Below, in pieces: positions 62,644 through 64,000 of a DNA stretch of 64,000 nucleotides (position 1 is its first letter; each line of letters starts with the position of its first letter). Made by a program: the position numbers and the translations under genes. This stretch comes from Octopus bimaculoides (taxonomy: Eukaryota), in the NCBI RefSeq assembly GCF_001194135.2, contig NC_068997.1:42490675-42554674 (forward strand), given 5' to 3'. The notes beneath the pieces are model-generated. The model saw only the letters and a program-made list of their open reading frames with translations. It made no database searches and was not told the DNA's origin.

Positions 62644-63311
62644 TTACAAGCACAAAGTCTGAGATTTTTAGGGGTGGGGACTAGTCGATCACATCGACCC
62701 AAGAACTCAACTGGTATTTATTCCATCGACTTCGAAAGGATGGAAGGCAACCTCAGCAGGATTTGAATTCAGAACATAAAGCATTTTGTCCAGCGTGCTA
62801 ACGATTCTGAAGGCTCACTGCCTACTATAGGTACAAAGACTGAAATTGCTGAGGAGGGAGGGAGTTGATTACATCGATCCTCCAGTGTTCAGCTGGTATT
62901 TATTCCGTCGACTTCGAAAGAATAAAAGACGAAATCGCCGTCGGCAGAATTTGAACTCAGAACTAAAGAAAGATGATATACCGGTATACATTCTATCCGA
63001 CGTGCTAATGATTTTGCCAGCTCACCCCTGCCTTAACAGAAGCAAGTAATAATAATTTTAATCTCGCCCAAGATATTAATCAATTCAATATGCTCACGAT
63101 CCAAAAGAACAGCTCGAATAGAACACACAACACATACCCTGTACATCAATTACCTAATAATCTAAAACAACACAACTCATTCAACATATACTATACAAGA
63201 TTAAGGCCCAATAAAATAACGCAACCTACATTACGCACACGACACGAAGGTGCATCTATTGGTGCAATTGAAACTTGCATGAAACTACGAAAGGAAAAAA
63301 ATTTATAATGA

Positions 63312-63760
63312 TAATAATCCTTTCTACTATAGGCACAAGGCCTGAAAGTTTTGGGGAGGGGACTAGCCAATTACATCGATCCTAGTACGTGACTGGTACT
63401 TAATTTATCGACCCCGAAAAGATGAAAGGCAAAGTCGACTGCGGCGGAATTTGAACACAGGGCGTAGACACGGACGAAATGCCGCTAAGCATTTTGTCCG
63501 GCGTGCTTAACGATTCTGTCAGCTCGCTGCCTTTTTCATAATAATAATCCTTTCTACTAAAGGCACAACGCCTTAAATTTTGGAGGAGGAGACTAATCAA
63601 TTACATCAACCCTAGTGCATAACTGGTACGTATTTCATCGACCCAGAAAGGATGAAAGACGAAGTCGACTTGGGTGGGACTTGAACTCAGAACGTAAAGT
63701 CGGTCGAAATGTCGCTAAGCATTTTGCTCGGCGTGCTTAACAATTCTGCTAGCTCGCCTC
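63312..63760 (-). repeat. Head-to-tail tandem pair of family C SINEs (~230-bp period)
   Basis: AATAATAATCCTTTCTACTA...GCTCGC unit repeated twice. Confidence 0.8.
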
Positions 63761-63773
63761 ACCACCACCATCA

Positions 63774-63810
<37 letters not shown>

Positions 63811-64000
63811 TATTATTATTATTATTATTATTATTTTTTTTTTTATTATTGCACTCAAACAATATTAGCATAAACTGTGGCATTTTCCAGGGTGACTCGC
63901 TTTCACCACTAATTTTCTGCATAGCACTAATACCACTCTCAAGTGAACTGAATAGAACAGGGTATGGCTACAAAATTGACAACAGGAAAATAAGCCATCT

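Noticed and set aside
62640-63780. Regularly spaced repeats as a CRISPR-like array
   Set aside because: Tandem ~200-230-bp SINE copies in a eukaryotic context; no short repeat-spacer structure or cas genes.

Overview
AT-rich, microsatellite- and SINE-dense eukaryotic genomic DNA with many N gaps. The SINE families and (TA)n/(CA)n load suggest an octopus genome (inference). One protein-coding gene can be built by hand: a 9-exon + strand USP1 orthologue (deubiquitinase; CDS 30104-48262, 3444 nt, 1147 aa). All eight introns are GT-AG and the phases are consistent. Notable gene features: an Asp at the conserved Cys-box Gly (a single A-to-G/A-to-I change would restore it), a ~624-aa insert holding an 8-aa coding minisatellite and an FBXW7-type phosphodegron, and a retained GG-Q autocleavage motif. 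Two CpG-rich candidate first exons/promoters lie upstream (~3.2-3.8 kb and ~13.1-13.6 kb). The rest is retroelement debris (tRNA-head SINEs, RTE, CR1-like, R4/NeSL-like, CRE-like, Penelope-like), MITEs and microsatellites. The most unexpected non-coding signal is a set of minimal hammerhead-ribozyme-like motifs linked to Penelope-like or inverted-repeat elements. One near-canonical copy sits in the sense strand of USP1 intron 5. Repeat boundaries are approximate, and all family names come from motif recognition, not database searches.
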